Source of the DNA: Eubacteriales bacterium | GTDB taxonomy: Bacteria > Bacillota > Clostridia > Oscillospirales > QAKW01 | Direction of reading: 5' to 3' | Assembly (NCBI GenBank): GCA_045588515.1 | Contig: JAZNEH010000220.1 | Location: 1 to 27,745 of the forward strand | DNA length: 27,745 bases | Shown: in pieces, positions 16,273-25,421 of the stretch | Layout of the letters: every line of letters begins with the position of its first letter | Numbering within the stretch: position 1 is the stretch's first letter | The notes under the pieces: model-generated | Database searches by the model: none | The model's input: only the letters and a program-made list of their open reading frames with translations | What the model was told of the DNA's origin: nothing | Position numbers and translations under genes: made by a program

Positions 16273-16314
16273 CCTGCATAAGGCCGCTCCATAGGTGCCT
16301 GATGCAGGTTTTTT
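16273..16314 (+). terminator. Riboswitch expression-platform terminator
   Basis: CCTGCAT-A-AGGC...GCCT-G-ATGCAGG followed by TTTTTT, upstream of the RBS. Confidence 0.75.
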
Positions 16315-16335
16315 GTTGCTTTTTAGGAGGAGTTT

Positions 16336-17997
16336 ATGAAAAACGCAAAATTGCGCAAGATCGGCCTGATTCTGATCTCTGTTCTGCTGATGGCGGGATT
16401 ATTCTCCATCGCCTGCTTTGCAGAGGATGCGGCCGCCGAAGAGGTTTATACCTCGTTCTTCAACGAAACTGCTTGGTCCCTGTTGCCGCCGGTGATCGCC
16501 ATTGTTTTGGCTTTGATTACCAAGGAAGTTTATTCTTCCCTCTTTATCGGAATTCTTTCCGGCGGTATTCTTTATGCGGTGGGGGATGGAAAATTCAGTT
16601 TTGAAACGATGTTCAACGCCGTTGTAAACGATGGGTTGGTTGCCAATCTGGCCGATGCCTGGAATGTGGGCACCCTGATCTTCCTGGTGGTGCTGGGCGC
16701 TCTGGTTGTGATGATGAATCGGGCCGGCGGCAGCCGTGCCTACGGCGAATGGGCCGCCACCAAGATCAAAGGCCGCCGGGGTGCGCAATTTGCCACCTTT
16801 GGTTTGGGTGCTTTGATCTTTGTGGATGACTATTTCAACTGCCTGACCGTGGGCAGCGTAATGCGCCCCATCACCGATAAGCATCATATTTCCCGGGCAA
16901 AGTTGGCTTATCTAATCGATGCCACCGCCGCCCCCATCTGCATCATCGCCCCCATTTCTTCCTGGGCCGCCGCTGTCAGCGGCACTGTGGATGGGGTGAA
17001 CGGCATCTCGCTGTTCATCCAAACCATCCCCTATAATCTCTATGCCCTCTTGACCATCGCTATGGTCATTATTATCTCGCTGGGCGATTTCGACTTTAGC
17101 TCTATGCGCCGCCACGAAGAAAATGCCCGAAAAGGCGATCTCTTCTCCGATGCCGGCAATCCCTATGCAAATGCCGATCAGATTCCCGCCAGCAGCAAGG
17201 GCAAGGTGATCGATCTGGTGTTGCCCGTAGTGGTACTGATCGTGTTGAGTGTGGCCGGTATGGTTTACACCGGCGGTTTCTTCAGCGGCACCTCCTTCAT
17301 CGATGCCTTTGCCGGTTGCGATGCCGCCTACGGTCTGGCCGTTGGTTCCATTGCCGCTCTGATCGTGGATATGATCTACTTTATGGCCCGCCGGGTACTC
17401 TCCTTCAAGGAATGTACTGAAGCGTTGCCCGAAGGCTTTAAGCAGATGGTTCCCGCTATCCTGATCCTGACTTTCGCTTGGGGCTTGAAATCTATGACCG
17501 GCCTCTTGGGCGCCGGTACGTTCGTATCCGGCGTTGTGAAGGGCGCAACGGCCCTGCAGATCCTGTTGCCTGTGATCCTGTTCCTAGTGGCTGTTTTGCT
17601 GGCCTTTGCCACCGGCACCTCTTGGGGCACTTTCGGCATCCTGATCCCCATCGTTACCGATGTGTTTAAGGATTCTTTAGCCAATGTGGGCGAAACCGGA
17701 ACGATCCCTGCTATGGTGATCATCTGCATCTCTGCCTGCCTGGCCGGCGCCGTTTGCGGCGACCATTGCTCCCCCATTTCCGACACCACCATTATGGCCT
17801 CCACCGGCGCACAAAGCGACCACGTGGCTCACGTTTCTACCCAATTACCCTATGCACTCACCGTTGCCGGGGTTAGTTTGGTAGGTTACCTGCTGGCCGG
17901 CTTCGTTCAGAACGTATTCTTGGTTCTGGGCGTTTCCTTAGCGCTGATGATCGCAACCCTCTTTGTGATCCGTGCGATCGTTCGGAAAAAAGCCTAA
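16336..17997 (+). CDS. NhaC-family transporter, probable lysine permease (LysW-like)
   Basis: SLLPPVIAIVLA, FVDDYFN, KLAYLIDATAAP, TGTSWGTFG, GAVCGDHCSPISDTT, HVSTQLPY; preceded by a lysine riboswitch. Confidence 0.88.
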   Translation: MKNAKLRKIGLILISVLLMAGLFSIACFAEDAAAEEVYTSFFNETAWSLLPPVIAIVLALITKEVYSSLFIGILSGGILYAVGDGKFSFETMFNAVVNDGLVANLADAWNVGTLIFLVVLGALVVMMNRAGGSRAYGEWAATKIKGRRGAQFATFGLGALIFVDDYFNCLTVGSVMRPITDKHHISRAKLAYLIDATAAPICIIAPISSWAAAVSGTVDGVNGISLFIQTIPYNLYALLTIAMVIIISLGDFDFSSMRRHEENARKGDLFSDAGNPYANADQIPASSKGKVIDLVLPVVVLIVLSVAGMVYTGGFFSGTSFIDAFAGCDAAYGLAVGSIAALIVDMIYFMARRVLSFKECTEALPEGFKQMVPAILILTFAWGLKSMTGLLGAGTFVSGVVKGATALQILLPVILFLVAVLLAFATGTSWGTFGILIPIVTDVFKDSLANVGETGTIPAMVIICISACLAGAVCGDHCSPISDTTIMASTGAQSDHVAHVSTQLPYALTVAGVSLVGYLLAGFVQNVFLVLGVSLALMIATLFVIRAIVRKKA

Positions 17998-18012
17998 CCT
18001 TTAAAAATAAGC

Positions 18013-18068
18013 ATAAAAAAACCGCTTTCCCAACGGATGATGAATCAACCGGGAAAGCGGTTTTTTAT
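18013..18068. terminator. Bidirectional terminator
   Basis: AAAAAACCGCTTTCCC...GGGAAAGCGGTTTTTT between convergent genes. Confidence 0.8.
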
Positions 18069-18709
18069 TATAGTTTTGAAAAGCCGTTGCAGTTGACCAA
18101 AGCGTCTATCTTCACGCCGGCCTTGCAAAGGGGACATTCATGGGAAGGCCCGTTCACGTAATCCGGCAGATCAGTGGGATTGAACACTGATACCACCGGG
18201 AACTCTTCGATCTTTTCGGCCGTGGCAAACACCGAAGCTACGCCGGCCACCATCCCGCCATAATAGCGGATGGCTTCCAAAGCGCCCTTCACCGTACTGC
18301 CGCTGACGATGGATAAAGCCAACACCAAAACGTGTTTTCCTGCAATCATCGGCACCAAATTATCCCGGAAGATCAACTGGCTGTTGCTGGTGGTTTCGGG
18401 GGTTACCACATAAATCGTTTGATGGGCGTTCATATTGATATAATTGCCCTCGGTGAGCCGATCGGCCAAACAGGTTCCCACCACTTCCATTCCATCTAAG
18501 CAAAGGATGGTATCCACCACCGTAGAATGAGCATAGTAACTGCAGATTTCCTTTGCCATGGATTTGGCTTCGGAAAGGCGGGCCTTTTGGGCAGCCACGT
18601 CAATATAATAGTTGGTGTGATGTTGGCCGGTTACAAAATGGCCTTTCACCACCCGTAAATGCAAATTTTTACGCTTCGTTGCGTATTTGAAAGTATCTAA
18701 AGTGGGCAT
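18068..18709 (-). CDS. Type I phosphoribosyltransferase-fold protein (orotate PRT-like), degenerate PRPP loop
   Basis: GHFVTGQHHTNYYID, KHVLVLALSIVSGSTV at the PRPP-loop position, YYGGMVAGVASVF; C-terminal CPLC; promoter TTGTAA-17-TATAAT at 18760-18732. Confidence 0.7.
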   Translation of the reverse strand: MPTLDTFKYATKRKNLHLRVVKGHFVTGQHHTNYYIDVAAQKARLSEAKSMAKEICSYYAHSTVVDTILCLDGMEVVGTCLADRLTEGNYINMNAHQTIYVVTPETTSNSQLIFRDNLVPMIAGKHVLVLALSIVSGSTVKGALEAIRYYGGMVAGVASVFATAEKIEEFPVVSVFNPTDLPDYVNGPSHECPLCKAGVKIDALVNCNGFSKL

Positions 18710-18804
18710 CTTCCAGAACTCCTTTTTCTTTATTATATAATTTCTATCTAAAAATTACAAGGTTTTTGTTTAAAATTCCCAAAAAAACTTTTCGACATTC
18801 TCGT

Positions 18805-18863
18805 AAAATAGTTGACATTGCAACCATTTTTTGTTAATATTTAGTTGATAATGCAACTATTTT
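18805..18863 (+). promoter_or_regulatory. marR-ABC promoter with two palindromic operators
   Basis: TTGACA (18812-18817), 17 bp, TG-n-TAATAT (18835-18840); TAGTTG-ACATTG-CAACCA (18809-18826) and TAGTTG-ATAATG-CAACTA (18842-18859). Confidence 0.8.
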
Positions 18864-18878
18864 CAAAGGAGGGGCGCT

Positions 18879-19328
18879 ATGGAAAACTATAAACGTTATT
18901 TTTACAGCATTTCCCGTATTGCGCAGCAATATTATAATCGCCATATGACAGAAGATCTAACCGCGCAGGAAGCCCACGCTTTACGTGTGATTTCCGTTCA
19001 TCAATCTCTGAATCAGCAATTATTGGCGGATCGCTTGGGAATCGATAAATCCCAGATCACCCGATTGGTGAATCGCTTAGAAGAGCAGGAATATATTACC
19101 CGGGAAGCCGATCCCCGGGATCGGCGAGCAAAATTAATTGCCTCCACGCCAAAAGCCGATGCCGTAAAGGAACTGGATGTGGAATGGACGAACCGTTATT
19201 ATGATTGGTTGCTTTCAGCCTTGGAGCCTGCCGAAAAAGAACAATTCACCGAAACGCTGATAAAATTATATGAACGGGCCCGGGAATCCCGCAAAAACGG
19301 TTTTGCAGAATTGGAGGGAACGCAATGA
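18879..19328 (+). CDS. MarR family transcriptional regulator
   Basis: LNQQLLADRLGIDKSQITRLVNRLEEQEYITREADPRDRRAK winged helix. Confidence 0.93.
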   Translation: MENYKRYFYSISRIAQQYYNRHMTEDLTAQEAHALRVISVHQSLNQQLLADRLGIDKSQITRLVNRLEEQEYITREADPRDRRAKLIASTPKADAVKELDVEWTNRYYDWLLSALEPAEKEQFTETLIKLYERARESRKNGFAELEGTQ

Positions 19329-21037
19329 AACTGATCCTTCAATACGTAAAGCCCTATCTGAGGCAGATGCTTTTCGGCCTTTTGATCAAGTTCATCGGCT
19401 CCACTATGGATCTGGTGTTGCCTTATATTTTGGCTATGATCATCGATGTGATGATCCCCCAAAAGGATATGAAGATGGTGTTGCTCTGGGGCGGCATTAT
19501 GCTGGTCTGCTCCGGCATTGCCTGGATCGGCAATATCATTGCCAACCGATCCGCCGCCTTGGTGGCCCGCAAGGCTATGTATATTATGCGCCACGATCTT
19601 TTCAAAAAGATCTTTGCCCTTTCAAATCAACAGGTGGATCAGGCCACGATCCCCTCGCTGATCTCCCGTATGACGACCGATACTTATAATCTGCATCGGA
19701 TGATCGGAATGATGCAACGGATCGGGATCCGGGCGCCTATCTTAGTGATCGGCGGGATTCTGATGACTTGGAGTTTGGATCCTGTGCTTTCTGCAGTATT
19801 GCTGGCTATGTTGCCGCTGATGGGCTTTTTAGTCTATCGGATCAGTAAAAAGAGCGTGCCTCTATTTGCCAATCTGCAGGAAGAAAACGATGCTATGGTG
19901 CGCACAGTGCGGGAAAACGTGAGCGGCGTGCGGGTCATCAAAGCCCTCTCCAAAACCCAAGATGAAAAGGAACGGTTTTTAGGGGTTAACCAACGGGTTT
20001 ATAAAGCGGAAAGCAAAGCCAATAACACGATGGCCATCAATGCGCCGCTGATGAATCTGATTTTAAATCTGGGCTTAGTTTTGGTGGTGTTGATCGGGGC
20101 ACGCCGCATCAATGCCGGCATCACCGGGGTGGGCGCCATCACTGCCTTCCTCTCTTATTTCACCATCATCCTCAACGCTATGCTGATGATGACCCGGGTT
20201 TTAACCGGCTATTCCCGCTCCTTGGCCTCAGCCAAGCGGATCCGGGACATTTTGGACCTCCCCCATGGCCTGCAGGCCGAAGAACGGCCGGAATCCAACA
20301 CCGATGCCACCCTTGCCTTTGAAAATGTTTCCTTCTCCTATCATAAAAAGAAAGCCGATCTGGAGAACATCTCCTTCCGCCTGAATAAGGGCGAAAGTTT
20401 AGGGATTTTAGGCCCCACCGGCGCCGGCAAAACCACGTTAGCCAGCCTGTTGATGCGGTTTTACGATCCCGACCAAGGACGCATCCTCCTGCTGGGAAAG
20501 GATCTCAGGAGTCTGGAGCCCGCTGAGATCCGCAAACATTTCGGCGTGGTATTCCAAAACGATCTGCTCTTTCGGGATACCATCGGCGAAAACATTCGAA
20601 TCGGCCGGGCACTAACCGCCGATCAACTGAACGAAGCAGTAGCCGCCGCCCAAGCCGCCGATTTCGTGGCGGAAAAGGGCGGGCTGCAGGCAATGATCGA
20701 ACCCAAGGCCGCCAACCTTTCCGGCGGCCAGAAACAACGCCTTTTAATCGCCCGGGCTTTAGCCGGCCGGCCGGATTTTTTGATCTTAGACGATTCCTCC
20801 AGCGCATTGGATTTTAAAACCGATGCGGCCTTGCGGAAGATTCTGCGGGAAGAATATGCAGATACTACCTCGATCATTATTGCCCAGCGGATCAGTTCTG
20901 TTCGCCATTGCGATCAGATTTTGGTTCTGGAAGAGGGCATCTGCAAAGGGCTGGGGAACCACGATGCGTTAATGGAAACCTGCCCCCTTTATCGGGAAAT
21001 TTATTCCCTTCAAACCGGCGAGGAGGTGGCCCAATGA
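19325..21037 (+). CDS. Heterodimeric ABC exporter subunit A (TMD+NBD, degenerate site)
   Basis: 6-TM TMD; GPTGAGKT, LSGGQKQR, Walker B ILDDSSSALD (E to D), IAQR (H to Q). Confidence 0.92.
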   Translation: MKLILQYVKPYLRQMLFGLLIKFIGSTMDLVLPYILAMIIDVMIPQKDMKMVLLWGGIMLVCSGIAWIGNIIANRSAALVARKAMYIMRHDLFKKIFALSNQQVDQATIPSLISRMTTDTYNLHRMIGMMQRIGIRAPILVIGGILMTWSLDPVLSAVLLAMLPLMGFLVYRISKKSVPLFANLQEENDAMVRTVRENVSGVRVIKALSKTQDEKERFLGVNQRVYKAESKANNTMAINAPLMNLILNLGLVLVVLIGARRINAGITGVGAITAFLSYFTIILNAMLMMTRVLTGYSRSLASAKRIRDILDLPHGLQAEERPESNTDATLAFENVSFSYHKKKADLENISFRLNKGESLGILGPTGAGKTTLASLLMRFYDPDQGRILLLGKDLRSLEPAEIRKHFGVVFQNDLLFRDTIGENIRIGRALTADQLNEAVAAAQAADFVAEKGGLQAMIEPKAANLSGGQKQRLLIARALAGRPDFLILDDSSSALDFKTDAALRKILREEYADTTSIIIAQRISSVRHCDQILVLEEGICKGLGNHDALMETCPLYREIYSLQTGEEVAQ

Positions 21038-22791
21038 AAGAAAAACGCTTTTCTAAACACGCTCTTTTGCGGCTGGGCGGCTATCTCCTAAAATTCAAAT
21101 GGGTATTATTAGCGGCCATTCTTTTATCCTTCGCCTCTAACATTTTAGCCCTTTTAGGGCCGGAACTTTCCGGCAAAGCCATCGATGCGGCCACCGGCGG
21201 CATCGGGAAGGTGGATTTTCCTGCCGTTTACCGTTATGCGGGGCTGATGGCACTATTCTATCTGGCATCGGCGGTAATGGCCTATATTTTGCGGATTTTA
21301 ATGATCCATATTGCCCGAAAGGTCACCTTCCGCCTGCGGCAGGATCTTTTTGACCGGCTGGCAGATCTGCCGGTGGGTTTTTATGACACCCACGCCCCCG
21401 GGGATATTCTGAGTCGGATTAGTTACGATGCGGATAACATCAGCGAATCCTTGGCCTCGGATGTCATCGCAATTCTCACCAGTTTAATCACCATTGTAGG
21501 GTCCCTTTATATGATGCTTCGCATCAGTCCCCTGCTCCTTTCGGTCTTTGCCATCACCGTTCCCCTTTCTATTCTCTTCACCCGCTACTTTTCCAATCGG
21601 GTGCGCCCCCTATTCCGCCTGCGGAGTAAAAAGTTAGGGGAACTGAACGACTATGTGGAAGAAAAGATCTCCGGCCAAAAGACCTTAAAATCCTATAACC
21701 AGGAGCAAACGGTACTAAAGGAATTTGACGAAGTGGACGAAACCGTGTTGGAGGCCTATTATCAGGCGGAATATCAGGGCAGTATGATGGGCCCCTCTAT
21801 GAACCTGATCAACAATCTTTCTCTGGCCTTGATCTCCATTCTGGGCGCCTTTTTGTTCATCAAAAGCGGTGGCACTTGGATCACCATCGGCAGTATTTCC
21901 AGTTTCGTTCTTTATAGCCGCAAATTCTCCGGCCCCATCAACGAGATCGCCGGCATTTATAGCGAGTTGCAATCGGCCTTGGCGGCAGCAGAACGCATTT
22001 TCGGCCTGATGGATGAAGCCCCGGAGGCGGCGGACGCGCCGATGGCTAAAGCCCTGCCCCAGGTGGAAGGAGAAGTGGAACTAAAAAGCGTGCAGTTCGG
22101 TTATACTCCCGAAAAAACCATCCTAACGGATTTTTCCCTGAAGGCAGAGCCGGGCAAACTGGTTGCCATCGTGGGCCCAACAGGCGCCGGCAAAAGCACA
22201 TTAATCAACCTTTTGATGCGCTTTTACGAAGTAAACGAAGGATCACTCTTGCTGGACGGCAACCCCTTCGATCATATCACCCGGGAGAGTCTGCGACATT
22301 CTTATTCTATGGTTTTGCAAGATACCTGGCTTTTCTATGGAAGCATCTATGAAAACATTGCCTATGGCCGGCCCAACGCCACAAAAGAGGAAGTGATGGC
22401 CGCCGCCAAAGCGGCCGGGATCCATCCTTTTATCGAAGGGTTGCCCGAAGGATATGATACCATTCTAACCGACGATGCGGCCAATATCTCCAAAGGCCAG
22501 AAGCAACTTTTAACCATTGCCCGGGCCATGCTGATGGATTGCCCTATGCTGATTTTAGACGAAGCCACTTCCAACGTGGACACCCGCACCGAAAAATTGG
22601 TGCAAAAGGCTATGCGGGAACTAATGGCCCATAAAACCTGCTTTGTGGTGGCCCACCGGCTCTCCACCATCCGGGATGCCGATTTGATCCTGGTTGTGAA
22701 AGACGGCGCCATCGTGCAACGGGGCACCCACCAAGAACTGCTGGCCAGCGGCGGCTTCTACAGCGAACTTTATAACGCACAATTTGAATGA
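21034..22791 (+). CDS. Heterodimeric ABC exporter subunit B (TMD+NBD, consensus site)
   Basis: Start moved to ATG 21034 (ATGA overlap, GAGGAGG RBS); GPTGAGKS, ISKGQKQ, ILDEATSNVD, VAHRLSTI. Confidence 0.92.
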   Translation: MKEKRFSKHALLRLGGYLLKFKWVLLAAILLSFASNILALLGPELSGKAIDAATGGIGKVDFPAVYRYAGLMALFYLASAVMAYILRILMIHIARKVTFRLRQDLFDRLADLPVGFYDTHAPGDILSRISYDADNISESLASDVIAILTSLITIVGSLYMMLRISPLLLSVFAITVPLSILFTRYFSNRVRPLFRLRSKKLGELNDYVEEKISGQKTLKSYNQEQTVLKEFDEVDETVLEAYYQAEYQGSMMGPSMNLINNLSLALISILGAFLFIKSGGTWITIGSISSFVLYSRKFSGPINEIAGIYSELQSALAAAERIFGLMDEAPEAADAPMAKALPQVEGEVELKSVQFGYTPEKTILTDFSLKAEPGKLVAIVGPTGAGKSTLINLLMRFYEVNEGSLLLDGNPFDHITRESLRHSYSMVLQDTWLFYGSIYENIAYGRPNATKEEVMAAAKAAGIHPFIEGLPEGYDTILTDDAANISKGQKQLLTIARAMLMDCPMLILDEATSNVDTRTEKLVQKAMRELMAHKTCFVVAHRLSTIRDADLILVVKDGAIVQRGTHQELLASGGFYSELYNAQFE

Positions 22792-22797
22792 AAAACA

Positions 22798-22924
22798 AAA
22801 AGGAACCTTTTTGAAAAAAGGTTCCTTTTAAAATCCTCCAAAAACTTTCAAGCCGTCCATTTTCAGTTTGAGAGTTTTAGAAGAGGGGACCGGGGAGGAA
22901 CCTTTTCTAAAAGGTTCCTCCCCG
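22798..22924. repeat. REP/REPIN-like composite palindromic element, copy 3 (complete)
   Basis: 15-bp hairpin 22798-22829; core AAAACTTTCAA...TTGAGAGTTTT; 16-bp hairpin 22891-22924; lies between convergent genes. Confidence 0.85.
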
Positions 22925-22932
22925 CTTCTTAT

Positions 22933-23829
22933 TTAAATTTCGTTCAGTATTTTTTCGATCACGTCTTTGGTTGCCAAGCCGGGCAGGCTTGCCGTTGCCC
23001 CGCCGCAGGCACTCCCCAATTTCAGAGCATATTCATAGCCTTGATCAAAACCGGCCACAAAACCGGCCACCATGGAATCCCCGGCCCCAACGGTATTAAT
23101 GGCGGTTACCTTCGCAACGCCGGCAGTAAATACTTGGTCGGTTTCCGTCAATAGCAAAGCGCCGTCTTTCCCCCGGGAGATCAAAACATTCCGGGCTCCT
23201 TGGGCCTGCAGTTCCCGGGCCGCATCGGCAATCTCAGCCTCATTATGCAGTTCCCAGCCCACCAATTCTTCCAGTTCCCGATGGTTGGGCTTGATCAGGA
23301 AGGGATGATATTTCAGCACGTTCAATAACAGTTTCCCGGTGACATCCACAACGCAACGGATGCCCTTCGGCGCCAGCAATGCCAAAATCTGCTCATAGAT
23401 ATCAGCCGGTAAGGAGGAAGGCACGCTCCCTGCCAGCACCAGCGTATCTTCGCCGGTCAACTGCTCCAGTTTTTTCCAAAGAGCGGCGATGGCTTCTGCA
23501 TCGATTTTAGGGCCTTGGGCGTTGATTTCGGTTTCCTGCTCCCCTTTCATTTTCACATTGATGCGGGTGAGCCCCTCTTTCAGCGGAATAAATTCGGTTT
23601 TAATGCCTTGGCTCCGCAAGTTTTCTTCCAGCGCTGCGCCGGTGAACCCGGCGATAAAGCCCAACGCTGTATTTTCCTTACCCAGTTCCTTCAAAATCAG
23701 AGAAACGTTCACGCCCTTGCCGCCGAAATAAAGTTCCTCGCTGGCAGAACGGTTGGTTTCCCCCAATTCCAGATCCTTCACTCTGATCACATAGTCTAAG
23801 GCCGGATTAAACGTAACGGTATAAATAAT
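22933..23829 (-). CDS. fruK: 1-phosphofructokinase (PfkB family), apparent ATT start
   Basis: N-terminal IYTVTFNPALDYV lies upstream of the tracked GTG; GGKGVNVS, TRINVK, LIKPN, INTVGAGDSMVAGF. Confidence 0.85.
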   Translation of the reverse strand: MIYTVTFNPALDYVIRVKDLELGETNRSASEELYFGGKGVNVSLILKELGKENTALGFIAGFTGAALEENLRSQGIKTEFIPLKEGLTRINVKMKGEQETEINAQGPKIDAEAIAALWKKLEQLTGEDTLVLAGSVPSSLPADIYEQILALLAPKGIRCVVDVTGKLLLNVLKYHPFLIKPNHRELEELVGWELHNEAEIADAARELQAQGARNVLISRGKDGALLLTETDQVFTAGVAKVTAINTVGAGDSMVAGFVAGFDQGYEYALKLGSACGGATASLPGLATKDVIEKILNEI

Positions 23830-23840
23830 TATTTTTTCTC

Positions 23841-24677
23841 CTATTTCTTCATAATCTCGTTATAAATCTCATTTTTCGGCACGCCCCGATCCTTGGCGGC
23901 GGCTTTGATTGCTTCTTTTTTGGAAAGACCGGTTTGCACATAATAGTCCACGTGGGCGGCGGGCGAAAGTTTTTGCCAAAAAGCCTCTTCCGCCGGTTCC
24001 TCTGTGGCCCCTTCCAAAACGATCACGTATTCGCCTCGGGGATCGGTTTCCTCATAATAGGCGATCATCTCTTCCACTGTGCCCCGTTGCACCGTTTCGT
24101 GCAATTTCGTCAGTTCCCGGCAAAGAGCGATCCGCCGATTGCCAAAGACGGAAAAAAGATCCTGCAGGGTGCCACGCAGTTTTTGGGGTGCTTCGTAGAA
24201 GATCAGAGTTTCTTTGGTATAGCGCAGGCTCTCCAGATGCTCCCGGCGATTTTTTTTAGTGGTGGATAAAAATCCCTCAAAAGCAAATCGGCCGGTGGGC
24301 AGGCCGGAAAGCACCAAGGCGCTGATTAAGGCGCAGGGCCCGGGCACCACCGAAACTTCATAGCCTTCTTCCGCCAACAGTTTCACCAGATCCTCGCCGG
24401 GATCGCTGATTCCCGGCATTCCGGCATCCGTTACCAAAGCGCAGGTTTCCCCTTTTTGGATCCGTTTCAGGATCTCCAGCCCACGCTCCCGCTTGTTATG
24501 TTCAAAATAACTGATCAGCGGTTTATGGATGCCCATATGATTTAAAAGTTTCAAGGTATTCCGGGTATCCTCGGCAGCAATGAAATCCACCTGCTCCAGC
24601 ACCTCCCGGCACCGGCGGGAAAGATCCCCCAGGTTCCCGATGGGCGTTCCCACCAAATATAAAACCGGTTCGCTCAT
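23841..24677 (-). CDS. rsmI: 16S rRNA (cytidine1402-2'-O)-methyltransferase
   Basis: LYLVGTPIGNLGDLS, IAAEDTR, LVTDAGMPGISDPG, FEGFL, YEAP, RELTKLHE, RGEYV. Confidence 0.96.
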   Translation of the reverse strand: MSEPVLYLVGTPIGNLGDLSRRCREVLEQVDFIAAEDTRNTLKLLNHMGIHKPLISYFEHNKRERGLEILKRIQKGETCALVTDAGMPGISDPGEDLVKLLAEEGYEVSVVPGPCALISALVLSGLPTGRFAFEGFLSTTKKNRREHLESLRYTKETLIFYEAPQKLRGTLQDLFSVFGNRRIALCRELTKLHETVQRGTVEEMIAYYEETDPRGEYVIVLEGATEEPAEEAFWQKLSPAAHVDYYVQTGLSKKEAIKAAAKDRGVPKNEIYNEIMKK

Positions 24678-25421
24678 CTATTGATGCTCCCTTCGGTAAA
24701 TTTGTTTCAATTCTTCGGTTTCCGATCCGTCGGCGTTATGGAGGATCAAGGTGGGCTCGATGGCCAGTTCCCGCTTGCCGCTGCGCACCCCCTCCACCAA
24801 AACCAGAATAGCCGGTTTCCCGGCCTTGGGTTCCACTAACCGCAACCGGGAAGGGGAAAAACCGCCCGCCTCCATTTTTTGCAAGATCTCACCCAACCGA
24901 TAGGGGCGATGCACCATCGCCAGCCGGCCGCCGGACTTCACCAGATAAGCCGCCGCCCGGATCACATCTTCCAATGTGCAGGCCTCTTCCCGCCGGGCCA
25001 GTTCCCGATAGGGATTTTGCCCGGGGATCCCCCGCCCCACAGGTTCATAGGGCGGATTGACCGTTACCAGATCATAACAGCCGCCCTGCACCATAGAGCG
25101 GATCTCTTTCAGATCCCCCTCATAAATTTCCAGCCGGTCTTCGCAACGGTTTTCTTTTTGACTTCGGCGCATCAGTTGGCATAAATAGGGCTGGATTTCA
25201 ACAGCGGCCGCCGCATCGGCATCGCCCTTAGCCAGCATTAAGATCGGAATGATCCCGGTGCCGCTGCAAAGATCCATTAATCTCATTCCCGGCTTACAAC
25301 GGGCAAAATCCACCAACAACACCGCATCGGTTCCAAATCGAAAAAAACGGCTGTTTTGCCAAAGTTTCCAACCGTTCATTTGCAGGTCGTCCAGTTCGTC
25401 AAATCGGTTCAGTTCAGTCAT
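24678..25421 (-). CDS. tRNA1(Val) adenine37-N6 methyltransferase family (YabB/TrmN6-like)
   Basis: Start moved to ATG 25421 (overlaps the upstream stop); FRFGTDAVLL, DLCSGTG, NPPY, ARREE, MVHRP; adjacent to rsmI. Confidence 0.88.
   Translation of the reverse strand: MTELNRFDELDDLQMNGWKLWQNSRFFRFGTDAVLLVDFARCKPGMRLMDLCSGTGIIPILMLAKGDADAAAAVEIQPYLCQLMRRSQKENRCEDRLEIYEGDLKEIRSMVQGGCYDLVTVNPPYEPVGRGIPGQNPYRELARREEACTLEDVIRAAAYLVKSGGRLAMVHRPYRLGEILQKMEAGGFSPSRLRLVEPKAGKPAILVLVEGVRSGKRELAIEPTLILHNADGSETEELKQIYRREHQ

Noticed and set aside
18776-18795. CCCAAAAAAACTTTTCGA resembling the REP core
   Set aside because: No partner inverted core or hairpin, and it lies in an AT-rich divergent promoter
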